Part shown: one piece after another, positions 39,303-48,748 of the stretch
How the letters are laid out: every line of letters begins with the position of its first letter
Numbering within the stretch: position 1 is the first letter of the stretch
Assembly: GCA_965249275.1 (NCBI GenBank)
Contig: CBDFLQ010000007.1
Coordinates: forward strand, 416,001 to 480,000
Direction of reading: 5' to 3'
Source: Dehalococcoidia bacterium
GTDB taxonomy: Bacteria; Chloroflexota; Dehalococcoidia; Plut-88900
DNA: 64,000 nucleotides
Translations under genes and position numbers: made by a program
The notes under the pieces: generated by a model
Told to the model about the DNA's origin: nothing
What the model saw: the letters and a program-made list of their open reading frames with translations, nothing else
Database searches by the model: none

Positions 39303-40382
39303 TTAATTCGCGCTGAACCCGTACAAGGAAGCGGCGTTTGAGCTGACTATCTGCTGCTTGTGGTCCTCCTGCACGCCCTCGAACTGCCTCTCTATCGCCT
39401 CCCGGGACTTGGGCCACGTGCCCTCGTGGTGCGGGTAGTCGTTGCCCCAGAGCAGGCACCCGGCGCCCGTGAACGAGATGTTAGACAACCCCACCGCATC
39501 CTCCCCGAAGGTCGCATATCCCTGCCTTCGGAAATAATCGCTGGGCTTCATGTCCAGCTTGGGCCTAACATACATGTGGTGCTTGTCCGCTCCTTCATCC
39601 ATCGCGAGCATGTTCCAGGCAATCCACCCTATCCCCGACTCCACGATCACGAACTTCATCTTCGGGTGATTCATCAGTACCCCCGAGGAGCACAGGTACG
39701 TCGTTACGTCTATCCCGTCGACCAGAGCGCCCATCACGTAGTTAATGATCGCCCCACCCGGCCCCCTCTCAATGCGCGGGTCACGGCCGCTGCTTATGTG
39801 AAAGTTCGCCGGCAGCCCCACTTCCTCTATTGCACTCCAGAGGGGGTCGTACTCGGGTCTGTTGTAGGGGAGGGGCTGCTTGCTGGGCAGGAACATCGAC
39901 CCCATCCCCATCTTCGCGGTCCGGTAGACCTCTTCAACCGCGCCCTGGATATCGATCACCGGAATAAGAGCCGCCAATGCGAACCTCTCCCTGTGTGCTC
40001 CAAAGAGCTCAGCAGCCCAGTCATTGTAGGTCCGTGCCGCGGCCAGCTGGAAACCCGGGTCCGGCGACGCCGTCAATTCCAGCCCGTAGTTCGGGTAGAT
40101 CACCTCTGCCGCTACACCGTCCGTTTTCTGTGCCTCAAGCCGGACGTTGACATTCCATCCACCCAAGACCGCTTCCTCTCGTAATAGGTCATCCTTCCCC
40201 ATCTCTTCCGTGCCCAGCTCGACCTTCCTCGGGCGCAGGCCATCCCTGATTTCCAGCAGCTTCCCATCAACTACCTTCCTGTGGGGCGCCTTCGCCCGGT
40301 ACTCCGTCGGCATCCTCTCCTGCCACATGCTCAGCGGTTCGTCCACGTGAGAGTCCGCCGATATCAGTTTGTAGTCCATCAT
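39303..40382 (-). CDS. Amidohydrolase_2 family protein
   Basis: ISADSHV, YDPLWSA, FH, VESGIGW, PSDYFRRQ, WGNDYPH.EGTWP. Confidence 0.88.
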   Translation of the reverse strand: MMDYKLISADSHVDEPLSMWQERMPTEYRAKAPHRKVVDGKLLEIRDGLRPRKVELGTEEMGKDDLLREEAVLGGWNVNVRLEAQKTDGVAAEVIYPNYGLELTASPDPGFQLAAARTYNDWAAELFGAHRERFALAALIPVIDIQGAVEEVYRTAKMGMGSMFLPSKQPLPYNRPEYDPLWSAIEEVGLPANFHISSGRDPRIERGPGGAIINYVMGALVDGIDVTTYLCSSGVLMNHPKMKFVIVESGIGWIAWNMLAMDEGADKHHMYVRPKLDMKPSDYFRRQGYATFGEDAVGLSNISFTGAGCLLWGNDYPHHEGTWPKSREAIERQFEGVQEDHKQQIVSSNAASLYGFSAN

Positions 40383-40440
40383 GCCACCACTCCTTTCAGG
40401 TCGTGCTCACCCGAATATTATCCACGGCTAGGCGTCCAGT

Positions 40441-41649
40441 TTAGCCGAATGCCCCGTCTTCCTTCAAACGGGCAAACTCCTCAGCGCTGAACCCCCCGAC
40501 ACCCGTCATCACCTCTTCGTTATGCTCTCCGAGGCCCGGCGCCGCTGCCACTCTGCCCACGGGGGTCCCGGAAAAGGCCAGGGGAACACCCGCGGCGGGT
40601 ATCCTGCCCCGCGTGGGGTGGTCTATGTCCGTGACGTAGTTGTTGGCGCGGGCCTGGGGGTCCGCCGCCAGTTCCGCCATCGAGTTGACCGGCGAGTACG
40701 CCATCCCCAACCCTGCCTCCTCAAGCGTATTCACCCACTCGGCCAGCGTTTTCCTGGCGAATATCTCGTCGAGTTGGCCCATCAGCCCTGCCCACCCCTC
40801 ATCCTGCGGAGACGTCGCCGCCAGTTCCCCAGCCCCGATTGCGCTGCAAAACTCCTCCCACCATCGGTCGGGGTCCGGTTCGCAGAACATTAGCCACCGG
40901 CCGTCGGCGCACTGGTACCAGTTGTATAGCAAACTTGTGGATTGCGACCTGTCATTCCTGGCGTGTAAAGGAGAACCTTCGCCCGGCGGCAAGTTCAAGT
41001 CCGGGAATCTCTCCGACCACAAAGCATAGTTAACCGCGCCATGCTGGAAGTGCATCGCGCTCCCCAGCAGCGACCCCTGCACCATCTGCCCGTGCCCCGT
41101 CCGCTCCCGATTCACCAGTGCCGCAAGGATTCCATATGTCATTACCGTGCCCGTGTTCTGGTCGAAAAGGCCGCCCTCCAAAAGAAGCGGCTCGGCCTCC
41201 AGGCCTCCACTTATCATTGCGGTGAAACCGCTCCGCGCCTGGACCAGCGCCTCGAAGGCCCTCCGGTCCTTGTCCTTACCCAGAGGTCCCCAGGCTCCAA
41301 CGTGCCCGTAAACGAGCCTGCTGTTTATCCCGGAGAGAGTCTCGTAGTCTGCACCCAGGCGCTCCAGCAAAGCCGTATGGAAATTCGATACGAAGACATC
41401 CGCCCTGCCGACCAAACGATACAGCGCTTCCCTCCCCGACTCCTTCTTCAGGTCAAGCGTCACGCTCTTCTTGTTCCGGTTCACGGCGTCGAACCAGAAG
41501 GTGCCCTTGGACCGGGTCGGGTCTCCGCCGTCGGGGCGTTCTATCTTGAGCACCTCGGCCCCCAGGTCTCCCAATATGTAACCGATGGGAGGCCCAACGT
41601 GTATAACCGCCATCTCCACGACTCTTATTCCATCTAATGGTCCCGGCAT
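40441..41649 (-). CDS. CaiB/BaiF class III CoA transferase
   Basis: GPLDGIRVVE, LGAEVLKIE, NRNKKSVTLDL, APGLGEHN. Confidence 0.9.
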   Translation of the reverse strand: MPGPLDGIRVVEMAVIHVGPPIGYILGDLGAEVLKIERPDGGDPTRSKGTFWFDAVNRNKKSVTLDLKKESGREALYRLVGRADVFVSNFHTALLERLGADYETLSGINSRLVYGHVGAWGPLGKDKDRRAFEALVQARSGFTAMISGGLEAEPLLLEGGLFDQNTGTVMTYGILAALVNRERTGHGQMVQGSLLGSAMHFQHGAVNYALWSERFPDLNLPPGEGSPLHARNDRSQSTSLLYNWYQCADGRWLMFCEPDPDRWWEEFCSAIGAGELAATSPQDEGWAGLMGQLDEIFARKTLAEWVNTLEEAGLGMAYSPVNSMAELAADPQARANNYVTDIDHPTRGRIPAAGVPLAFSGTPVGRVAAAPGLGEHNEEVMTGVGGFSAEEFARLKEDGAFG

Positions 41650-41716
41650 AGCTCCTCCTCAGTCGAGCGATTGGGTTTTCTTCTATATTGGCGGGGCATT
41701 ATGTTAAGAAGTCCAA

Positions 41717-43120
41717 CTAGTTCTTCGCAATCTCGGGAATGAATCCCGCCCAGGGCCGAGCCCGCTCCAAAGCCGCCGAGGCCCGCAGAACGGTCATCTC
41801 GTCCCCCCACCTCCCCACCACCTGCAGTCCTATCGGCAGCCCGTCCGTCGAGAATCCGCAGGGCACGTTGGCCCCGGGGTTTCCGGCTATGTTGAAACTT
41901 GCGGTGAAAGGCGCTGCTCCCCACAGCTTACTGACCTCCTGCCCGGCAATCTCCCGTGGCCGAGCCCCGATGGGATATGCAGGCACGGCGGTCGTGGGAG
42001 TCAGGAGCAGGTCATACTTCTCAAAAAAGTCTTCCATCCGGGCCCGGAATTTCCACAGCTTCGACATGGCCCGAGCGTAGTCAGTACCCATTGCCCGCTT
42101 CCCGGCCTCCAGGGTCGACTTCACGTAGTTCATCAACTGGTCTCCGTGGCTTTCCAGCAGTGACCCATTGTTTGCGTACTCTTCCACTATGACTATGGGA
42201 CCAAATATCCCGAATGGCGCCCCCGACTCCGGCGTCGCATCCTCCAGTGAGCATCCCATCCCCTCTAAAATCTCTGCCGTCTGCCGTGTCTTAATCAACA
42301 CCTCCTCGTCCACCACCCCATACCCCAAATCCGAGCTCCACGCTACTCTCAAACCCTTGACCTCGCCGTCCAGAGCTTCAAGAAAGTCCGGCGGCGCCGA
42401 GCGTATTGCCAGGCTGTCCCGGGAATCGTGGCCCGAGATCTGGTTCAGCATCAGTGCCGCATCCCTCACGCTCCGGCTCATCGGCCCGCTGTCCGAAAAC
42501 AGCGCCCAACCACCGTCCTTTGACGGGACCCTGCCGTGCGTCGGCTTGATCCCGTACACACCACAGAATGATGCAGGCACCCTGATCGAGCCTCCGCCGT
42601 CGCTTCCCGTAGCCAGTGGGCAGATGTATGCGGCAAGCGCAGCCCCCGACCCGCCACTCGAACCGCCGCTTGTCCGACCCGTGTCCCAGGGGTTCCGGCA
42701 GTCGTCTCCCAGCCGGTTCTCGGTGCTCGTAGACTGCCCAAATTCTGGGGTGTTCGTCTTCCCGAGAACTATTGCCCCGGCTTTCCTCATCCTCTCCACG
42801 ATTATGGAGTCTTCAGCGGGCACGTTGTCCTTGAATGCCAGCGAGCCAAATGTCGTCCTGATCCCTTTCGTTGCCTCCAGGTCCTTCACGGCCAATGGAA
42901 TGCCGTGGAGGGGCGGCATATCCGGCCCTGCGCTCTTCTCCGCCTCCCTCGCCGACTCCATAGCCTCGTCACCGCACACCGTGAGAAAAGCGTTGAGAGT
43001 CGGGTTCAGGGTCTCGATCCTCCGCAGGCAGGCCTCGGTTAGTTCCACCGGCGACACCTGACGGGACGATATCAGGCCGGCCAGTTCTGTCGTGTCTTTC
43101 CTGATTAGATCATCGGTCAC
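41717..43120 (-). CDS. Amidase-signature family amidase
   Basis: LHGIPLAVKD, GKTNTPEFG, GGSSGGS, GSDGGGSIRVPA. Confidence 0.92.
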   Translation of the reverse strand: MTDDLIRKDTTELAGLISSRQVSPVELTEACLRRIETLNPTLNAFLTVCGDEAMESAREAEKSAGPDMPPLHGIPLAVKDLEATKGIRTTFGSLAFKDNVPAEDSIIVERMRKAGAIVLGKTNTPEFGQSTSTENRLGDDCRNPWDTGRTSGGSSGGSGAALAAYICPLATGSDGGGSIRVPASFCGVYGIKPTHGRVPSKDGGWALFSDSGPMSRSVRDAALMLNQISGHDSRDSLAIRSAPPDFLEALDGEVKGLRVAWSSDLGYGVVDEEVLIKTRQTAEILEGMGCSLEDATPESGAPFGIFGPIVIVEEYANNGSLLESHGDQLMNYVKSTLEAGKRAMGTDYARAMSKLWKFRARMEDFFEKYDLLLTPTTAVPAYPIGARPREIAGQEVSKLWGAAPFTASFNIAGNPGANVPCGFSTDGLPIGLQVVGRWGDEMTVLRASAALERARPWAGFIPEIAKN

Positions 43121-43370
43121 AGATCGGGTTCCTCCGGTGCAAGGTTCGGCCTAGCAGGTTCATTCGATAAACTGGACACGGAAAATGAGCGAAAGCGGGT
43201 CGGCCCGATTATAGGAATCGCCCGACAACACGGTCAAGGTTGACGCCCCTTCTACCCCACCCCCCTGCTGAGGGGAGCCTGTCCGCCTAAGGCGGAGCAT
43301 TCCGGCAACCAACCCCTCGTCGTTCCTGCGCAGGTCGCAGATGCGCCGAGGCGTGCAGGGCCTCATCCCC

Positions 43371-43441
43371 AGGGTGGGGCCGCTCACCCTGAGCACCGTC
43401 GAAGGGTCGAGCGGGGGGAGGCCCCGCACTGCCAATCCGTC
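43371..43441 (+). repeat. REP-like module, copy 2
   Basis: Near-identical to 35990-36060. Confidence 0.85.
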
Positions 43442-43517
43442 GTGTCCCCCCAACCCCAGAGGCGGCCAGGGCGGGGCGTCCTGTCCCCTCTCCCTCGATG
43501 GGAGAGGGGACTGGCCC

Positions 43518-44818
43518 GGTACAGACCGGGCAGAAAGGTAACACATAAACCGGGGACATGGGTAACACATCGTGGGATTGTATTAGGCAATCCCAGAGGA
43601 GGAAGATGTGTTGCCTTGGAAAGACACGAGCATAGAATCGGAGCGGTTGCAGTTCATCGAGCGTCACACTGCGGGAGAGGAGACTATTGCTGAGCTGTGC
43701 CGCCGGTCCGGGATCAGCCGCAAGACGGGCTACAAGATAATCGGCCGATACGAGGCGTATGGTGAGGACGGTCTACTTGACCTAAGCCGGGCTCCTCACA
43801 GCCATCCCAACGCCACTTCCATAGAGGTGGCTAAGCGTATCATCGAGGCGAAGCGCACCCATCCCACATGGGGCCCGAAGAAGATCGTCGCCTGGTTGCA
43901 TTCCATCGAGCCCTACGTGCCCTGGCCTTCCTCCAGTACTGCGGGCGCCATACTGGACCGTGTGGGTCTGGTGAGGCGGCGCAAGCGGCGGCGCAGGGCT
44001 ACACGCTGGGGCGAGCCCTTCGCCCACGCCCGGCACCCCAATGACGTGTGGGCCATCGACCTGAAGGGCTGGTTCCGCACGGATGACGGAATGCGGATAG
44101 ACCCCCTTACAGCCCAGGACGCCATGTCCCGCTACTTACTGGTATGCGACCCTCTCGACCGCCCTGCCGGCCCGGAAGTCAAGCGCTCTCTGGAGAGAAC
44201 CTTCCGAGAGTACGGCATCCCTCGGGCCATACGCACCGACAATGGTCCGCCCTTCGCCAGTGTGGGTCTGGGCAGCCTCTCACCACTCTCAGCATGGTGG
44301 GTCAAGCTCGGGATCGTACCCGAACGCATAGAGCCCGGTCACCCCGAACAGAATGGACGCATCGAGCGCCTTCACCGGACCCTCAAGGCCGAGACCGCAA
44401 CACCTCCAAAGGCCAACTGGAGACGACAACGCAGAGCCCTCGAACGCTTCAGACACACCTACAACTTCGAGAGGCCACATGAGGCCCTGGGGCAGCAACC
44501 ACCAAGCCGGCTGTACACGCCCTCGATCAGACCCTATCCCACACGTATCAGCTCGCCCGAGTACAACGCCGGTGTCACCGTACGTAGTGTCCGCAGCAAC
44601 GGACAGATCAAGTGGAAGGGAGATATGCTCTACGTGAGCGAGTCCCTCAAGGGCGAACCCATCGGCCTGGTCCAGATAGACGAACGAACCTGGTCCATAC
44701 AGTTCGGGCCACTCATCATCGGACTCCTTGATGACCCCACCAGAAGGGTCGACAAAACCCCAGTCAAAGTGTTACCTATGTCCTCGGTCTAACTGTTACC
44801 CATGTCCCCGGTCGTACA
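43518..44818 (+). mobile_element. IS481-family insertion sequence (~1.3 kb)
   Basis: Ends with tandem ACCGGGGACATGGGTAACA-type repeats in inverted orientation; right end ...GTACA; left end reads GGTAC; no clear target duplication. Confidence 0.85.
43608..44792 (+). CDS. IS481-family DDE transposase
   Basis: MPWK-type start, HTH (ELCRRSGISRKTGYK), WAIDLKG, RTDNGPPF, NGRIERLHRTLK, YNFERPHEAL. Confidence 0.93.
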   Translation: MLPWKDTSIESERLQFIERHTAGEETIAELCRRSGISRKTGYKIIGRYEAYGEDGLLDLSRAPHSHPNATSIEVAKRIIEAKRTHPTWGPKKIVAWLHSIEPYVPWPSSSTAGAILDRVGLVRRRKRRRRATRWGEPFAHARHPNDVWAIDLKGWFRTDDGMRIDPLTAQDAMSRYLLVCDPLDRPAGPEVKRSLERTFREYGIPRAIRTDNGPPFASVGLGSLSPLSAWWVKLGIVPERIEPGHPEQNGRIERLHRTLKAETATPPKANWRRQRRALERFRHTYNFERPHEALGQQPPSRLYTPSIRPYPTRISSPEYNAGVTVRSVRSNGQIKWKGDMLYVSESLKGEPIGLVQIDERTWSIQFGPLIIGLLDDPTRRVDKTPVKVLPMSSV

Positions 44819-44857
44819 GTGAGGGTGATCCTTCTTGGCAAAAGTGACACGAACCCC

Positions 44858-44887
44858 TTGACCAGACTTGTACACATGTACTATATT
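44858..44887 (+). promoter_or_regulatory. sigma70 promoter with overlapping LexA-like box, copy B
   Basis: TTGACC-N18-TATATT containing GTAC-ACAT-GTAC. Confidence 0.6.
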
Positions 44888-45516
44888 CACCCCCGACTAG
44901 CTCGTCACTCACCCTAAACCCAAGGAGGAACCACAACCCAGGGGGAACCACAGCCCCGGCCCACACGAGGACTCAACGTCTAAGCCCATCCCAAAGGGCG
45001 GCCCACACGCCGCCCCACGGCTCAAGCGAACGCCGCCATCTCCTCATACCAAGGGCCCCGGCTCACCCCTCCCCCCACCACCCAGGCGATGGAAGGTCCA
45101 CAGACTATGCTCGGCAGGCCCCGTCCAGGGCCCCTGCCGATTCAACGCTTCCCATTACCGGATGCGTTTACTCCGGCCCATTGCGCGCCGGTTTCCCGGG
45201 TAGGTCAACCGACCCCCGGTTTAGCAAGGCCCTCGTGTCCTTGTTTGTCCCGCCGTCCCCGCCATCCGTCTACCCGGCGGATGCACCGGGACGCCGGTTA
45301 TGAAAGTCCGCCTCAGGCGGCATGTTCCCCGTCAGCGGTCCGGTCAAGTGCCGCTCACGGAGGGATCGGCCCCACACAACCCTGACTGCAGCCGAGAACA
45401 TGTGGGGATAATCCAGCCCGGCGCCGACGGCTCGGCAACAACCTCCGGCCTGGATCCTAGTCTCGGACCTTCCATCGCCTGCCCCCCCAACAAACCAAAC
45501 AAAAACTGAATAACCG
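44888..45516 (+). other. Uncharacterised C-rich element body B (homologous to 37381-38188)
   Basis: Same co-linear motifs; AAGGAGG without a suitably spaced start codon; only short ORFs. Confidence 0.55.
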
Positions 45517-45525
45517 TCCTCCCCT

Positions 45526-45559
45526 GTAGGGGCGACCGGCCGGTCGCCCGGGGTCGGGC
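45526..45559 (+). repeat. GTAG-type REP
   Basis: GTAGGGGCGACCGGCCGGTCGCCC palindrome. Confidence 0.75.
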
Positions 45560-45682
45560 GGGCTGCTCAGCCTGTACGCCTGAAAGTCCGCCTGCGTAGG
45601 ATTGAAGGTACACTAGAACGGAATGGGGGCTGCGCACAAGATTGTAAGCCCACGAACAGGAGCACTATAATTGGAACCCGAC

Positions 45683-46420
45683 ATGCCCGAACGCAAGACC
45701 CGCGCCTCCATTTTCATAACCTGCCTCGTGGACCAGTTCTATCCCCAGGTTGGCGAGGCTATGGTAAAGGTGCTGAGGGAGCAGGGCGTGCAGCTTACCT
45801 TTCCCCAAGCCCAGACCTGCTGTGGCCAGCCCGCCTTTAACTCGGGCTTCCAGTCCGAGGCCCGAGACCTCGCCAAACGCTTCATCTCCATATTCGAAGG
45901 CGACGACTATATCGTGGCACCTTCCGGTTCATGCACTTCAATGGTCCGGGTCTACTATCCCGATCTCTTCAAAGATGACCCCAAGATGCTCGAAAAGGCC
46001 CGCAATCTCGAGGCCCGTACTTTTGAATTCTCCGAGTTCCTCGTCAAGGTTCTCGGCGTCGAGGATGTCAATGCAACACATGAGGGCTCGGTGACCTATC
46101 ACCCTTCCTGCCACCTCCTCAGAGAGCTCAAAGTCCGTAACGAGCCACCGCAGCTTCTAAGCAAGGTGAAGGGCATAGAAATCAAGGACCTCCCCGATGC
46201 CGAGCAGTGCTGCGGGTTCGGAGGCTCCTTTGCAGTCAAGTATCCTCACATATCGGGCTCCATCCTTCAGCGCAAGCTCGACTGCATCCGCAAGTCGGGC
46301 GCCGACACCCTCGTCGCCAACGATGCCGGATGCCTGATGCACATGGCCGGCGGACTCAAACGTCAAAACGTGCCCGTCCACCCTCGTCACATCGCCGAGA
46401 TTCTAGCATCCAGGGAATAG
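45683..46420 (+). CDS. lutA: Lactate utilization Fe-S protein LutA/LldE
   Basis: FITCLVD, QTCCGQPAFNSG, PSGSC, YHPSCH, CCGFGG, DAGCLMH. Confidence 0.92.
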   Translation: MPERKTRASIFITCLVDQFYPQVGEAMVKVLREQGVQLTFPQAQTCCGQPAFNSGFQSEARDLAKRFISIFEGDDYIVAPSGSCTSMVRVYYPDLFKDDPKMLEKARNLEARTFEFSEFLVKVLGVEDVNATHEGSVTYHPSCHLLRELKVRNEPPQLLSKVKGIEIKDLPDAEQCCGFGGSFAVKYPHISGSILQRKLDCIRKSGADTLVANDAGCLMHMAGGLKRQNVPVHPRHIAEILASRE

Positions 46421-46442
46421 CGTTCCGCCTTTTCGATAGAAC

Positions 46443-47891
46443 ATGGAGATCAAGACCAAAGACTTCAACGCAGGCTCCCGACGCGCCGTTAAGAACGTGC
46501 GAGTCCAGGAGGCCGCCCGACGCGCCACCGGCAACCTCCTCCGGGAGCGCAACAACGCCGCGGCCAACCTTCCCGAATGGGAAGACCTCCGCGACCGCGC
46601 ACGGGAGATCAAGGCTCACACCATCGAAAGACTGGACGACTACCTCTCCCTGTTTGCCGACTCCGTTGAGAAGGCTGGAGGCAAGGTGGTCTGGGCAAGC
46701 ACCGCCCAGGAGGCCGCCGAGTACGTCGTCTCCCTCGCCAGGGAGAAGGGTGTCCGCACCGTGGTCAAGGGCAAGTCCATGGCCACCGAGGAGATAGACC
46801 TCAATCACAAGCTTGAAGAGGTGGGCGTCGAGGCCATAGAGACCGACCTCGGTGAATACATGATCCAGCTCGCCGGCGAGACTCCCTACCACATCATCGC
46901 CCCAGCTATTCACAAGACTCGGCAGGACTTCGGCCAACTATTCTCAGAGCACCTATCCATCCCCTACGAGGAAGACCCCCAGCGCCTGACCCAGATCGCC
47001 CGGCACGCCCTCCGGGAGAAGTTCAGCCAGGCCGACATGGGCGTCACGGGCGCAAACTTCGGCATCGCCGAAACCGGGACCATCGTCCTGGTAGAAAACG
47101 AAGGCAATCAGCGCCTCTCCACATCCCTTCCTCCCATCCATGTCTCCGTAATGGGTATGGAGAAGGTCATACCCACCCTACAGGACCTGTCCGTCTTTCT
47201 TGCCCTTCTTCCTCGCAGCGCTACGGGCCAACAGGCAAGCTCTTACGTATCCATGATCACCGGGCCCCGAGCCCCGGGTGAGGTCGACGGCCCCGAAGAG
47301 TTCCACATGGTCATCCTGGACAATGGGCGCAGCCGTATCCTCGCCGACCCCGCCATGCGCGAGTCTCTGTATTGCATCCGTTGTGCTGCCTGCCTGAACA
47401 TATGCCCCGTATACAACTCTGTCGGGGGTCACGCCTACGGGTGGGTCTACTCAGGCCCCATCGGCTCGATTATCACACCGGAGATAGTCGGGATTGGGGA
47501 GGCCAAGGACCTGCCCGCCGCATCGACTCTGTGCGGAGCGTGCAGGGACGTCTGCCCCATCAAAATCGACATCCCCCACATGCTCCTCAACCTCCGGCAC
47601 AAGGCCGCTCAACCGAAACCGAGCAATCCCGTTACAAATGGCGTCGGGGCCCCCGTCCTGGAAAAATGGGTCATGCGTGCCTGGGCAGCGACTATGAAAA
47701 GCAAGATGGCCTACTCCGCTGCAACCGGCCTCGCCCGACTCGCCCAGAAACCCCTTTCGAGAAACGGATATCTCAGATGGCTCCCACCCTTCCTTAAGGG
47801 ATGGACCGACCACCGGGAGTTCCCCGCCCTCGCCCCCCGCTCATTTGCGCAGTTATGGAACGAAAGGCTATCCAAAGATGCCTCCGACTAG
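46443..47891 (+). CDS. lutB: Lactate utilization Fe-S protein LutB/LldF
   Basis: KGKSM..EE, ETDLGE, ENEGN, RSATGQ, CIRCAACLNICP, LCGAC.DVCP. Confidence 0.94.
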   Translation: MEIKTKDFNAGSRRAVKNVRVQEAARRATGNLLRERNNAAANLPEWEDLRDRAREIKAHTIERLDDYLSLFADSVEKAGGKVVWASTAQEAAEYVVSLAREKGVRTVVKGKSMATEEIDLNHKLEEVGVEAIETDLGEYMIQLAGETPYHIIAPAIHKTRQDFGQLFSEHLSIPYEEDPQRLTQIARHALREKFSQADMGVTGANFGIAETGTIVLVENEGNQRLSTSLPPIHVSVMGMEKVIPTLQDLSVFLALLPRSATGQQASSYVSMITGPRAPGEVDGPEEFHMVILDNGRSRILADPAMRESLYCIRCAACLNICPVYNSVGGHAYGWVYSGPIGSIITPEIVGIGEAKDLPAASTLCGACRDVCPIKIDIPHMLLNLRHKAAQPKPSNPVTNGVGAPVLEKWVMRAWAATMKSKMAYSAATGLARLAQKPLSRNGYLRWLPPFLKGWTDHREFPALAPRSFAQLWNERLSKDASD

Positions 47892-48585
47892 CCGGGAAGC
47901 CTTCCTCACAACCGTCCGGCGGAGCCTCGGCAGGGCCGGGACCACTGCGCCCCCATCAAACGGAGTTACCCACGCTGAAACCGACAGTTCGATTCCTCCA
48001 AAAACTCCCGCTATCGACCGTGAACAGCTGATCTCACGCTTCGCAGAAGAGGTGAAGAAGGTACATGGCATCGTGACACGGGTGTCGGGGCAGGACGAGC
48101 TATCCGCACTTTTGGGCGCTCTCATTGAGGAGAAGGGGATACGTGAGATAGTCAGGTGGGATACATCAGCCCTCTCAAGCCTCGACCCTGCCCTCACCAG
48201 CGCTGGCGCAAAGGTTATCCCTATCAATCTGAACGAAGACGAAGCCTCTCGTTCCGAACTGAGGAACGCCCTCATCGACGCCGATATGGGACTCACCGAG
48301 GTCGATTACGCCATCGCAGATATCGGCTCCCTGGTACTACGAGCCTCCGGCCCGCAGAGCCGGCTTTCATCCGTTCTCCCCCCAATCCACGTAGCGATTG
48401 TCGCTTCCGATAGGATCGTCGCTTCCCTGGCACATCTCTTGCCCCTGCTCAATTCTTCGGAGAAACTCCCGTCCGCCGTGGCCCTGGTCACGGGCCCTTC
48501 CCGCACCGCCGACATCGAGACCATCCGCACAGTCGGGATCCACGGGCCGGTCGAGCTCCACGTGGTCATCCTGGACGTAGAGTGA
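47878..48585 (+). CDS. lutC: Lactate utilization protein LutC/LldG
   Basis: AIADIGS, SVLPPIH, TGPSRTADIE..GIHGP. Confidence 0.9.
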   Translation: MPPTSREAFLTTVRRSLGRAGTTAPPSNGVTHAETDSSIPPKTPAIDREQLISRFAEEVKKVHGIVTRVSGQDELSALLGALIEEKGIREIVRWDTSALSSLDPALTSAGAKVIPINLNEDEASRSELRNALIDADMGLTEVDYAIADIGSLVLRASGPQSRLSSVLPPIHVAIVASDRIVASLAHLLPLLNSSEKLPSAVALVTGPSRTADIETIRTVGIHGPVELHVVILDVE

Positions 48586-48636
48586 TCCTAATTATCTTGT
48601 CGACAACAGCTGTTCTTGACTAGCTAACGTTTGTTA

Positions 48637-48748
48637 TTGACTAACTACCTCTGTATCGCTATATTGCAGCTTACAGTCCCGTCCTGCGACCCGGCCCGGT
48701 GGGTATGGGATCAGTTGTAAGGAGGGTGTGTATGAGAGTTCAGAAGAA
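48637..48748 (+). promoter_or_regulatory. Promoter and leader of ABC operon copy 1
   Basis: TTGACT-N17-TATATT; leader nearly identical to 52631-52719; SD TAAGGAGG. Confidence 0.65.

Noticed and set aside
41717-43120. Amidase as gatA
   Set aside because: Not linked to gatB or gatC, and has GKTNTPEFG rather than the GatA-typical GKTNMDEFAMG
35990-45559. CRISPR array or integron attC cassette array
   Set aside because: Repeats are not regularly spaced with unique spacers; no cas or integron integrase gene is present
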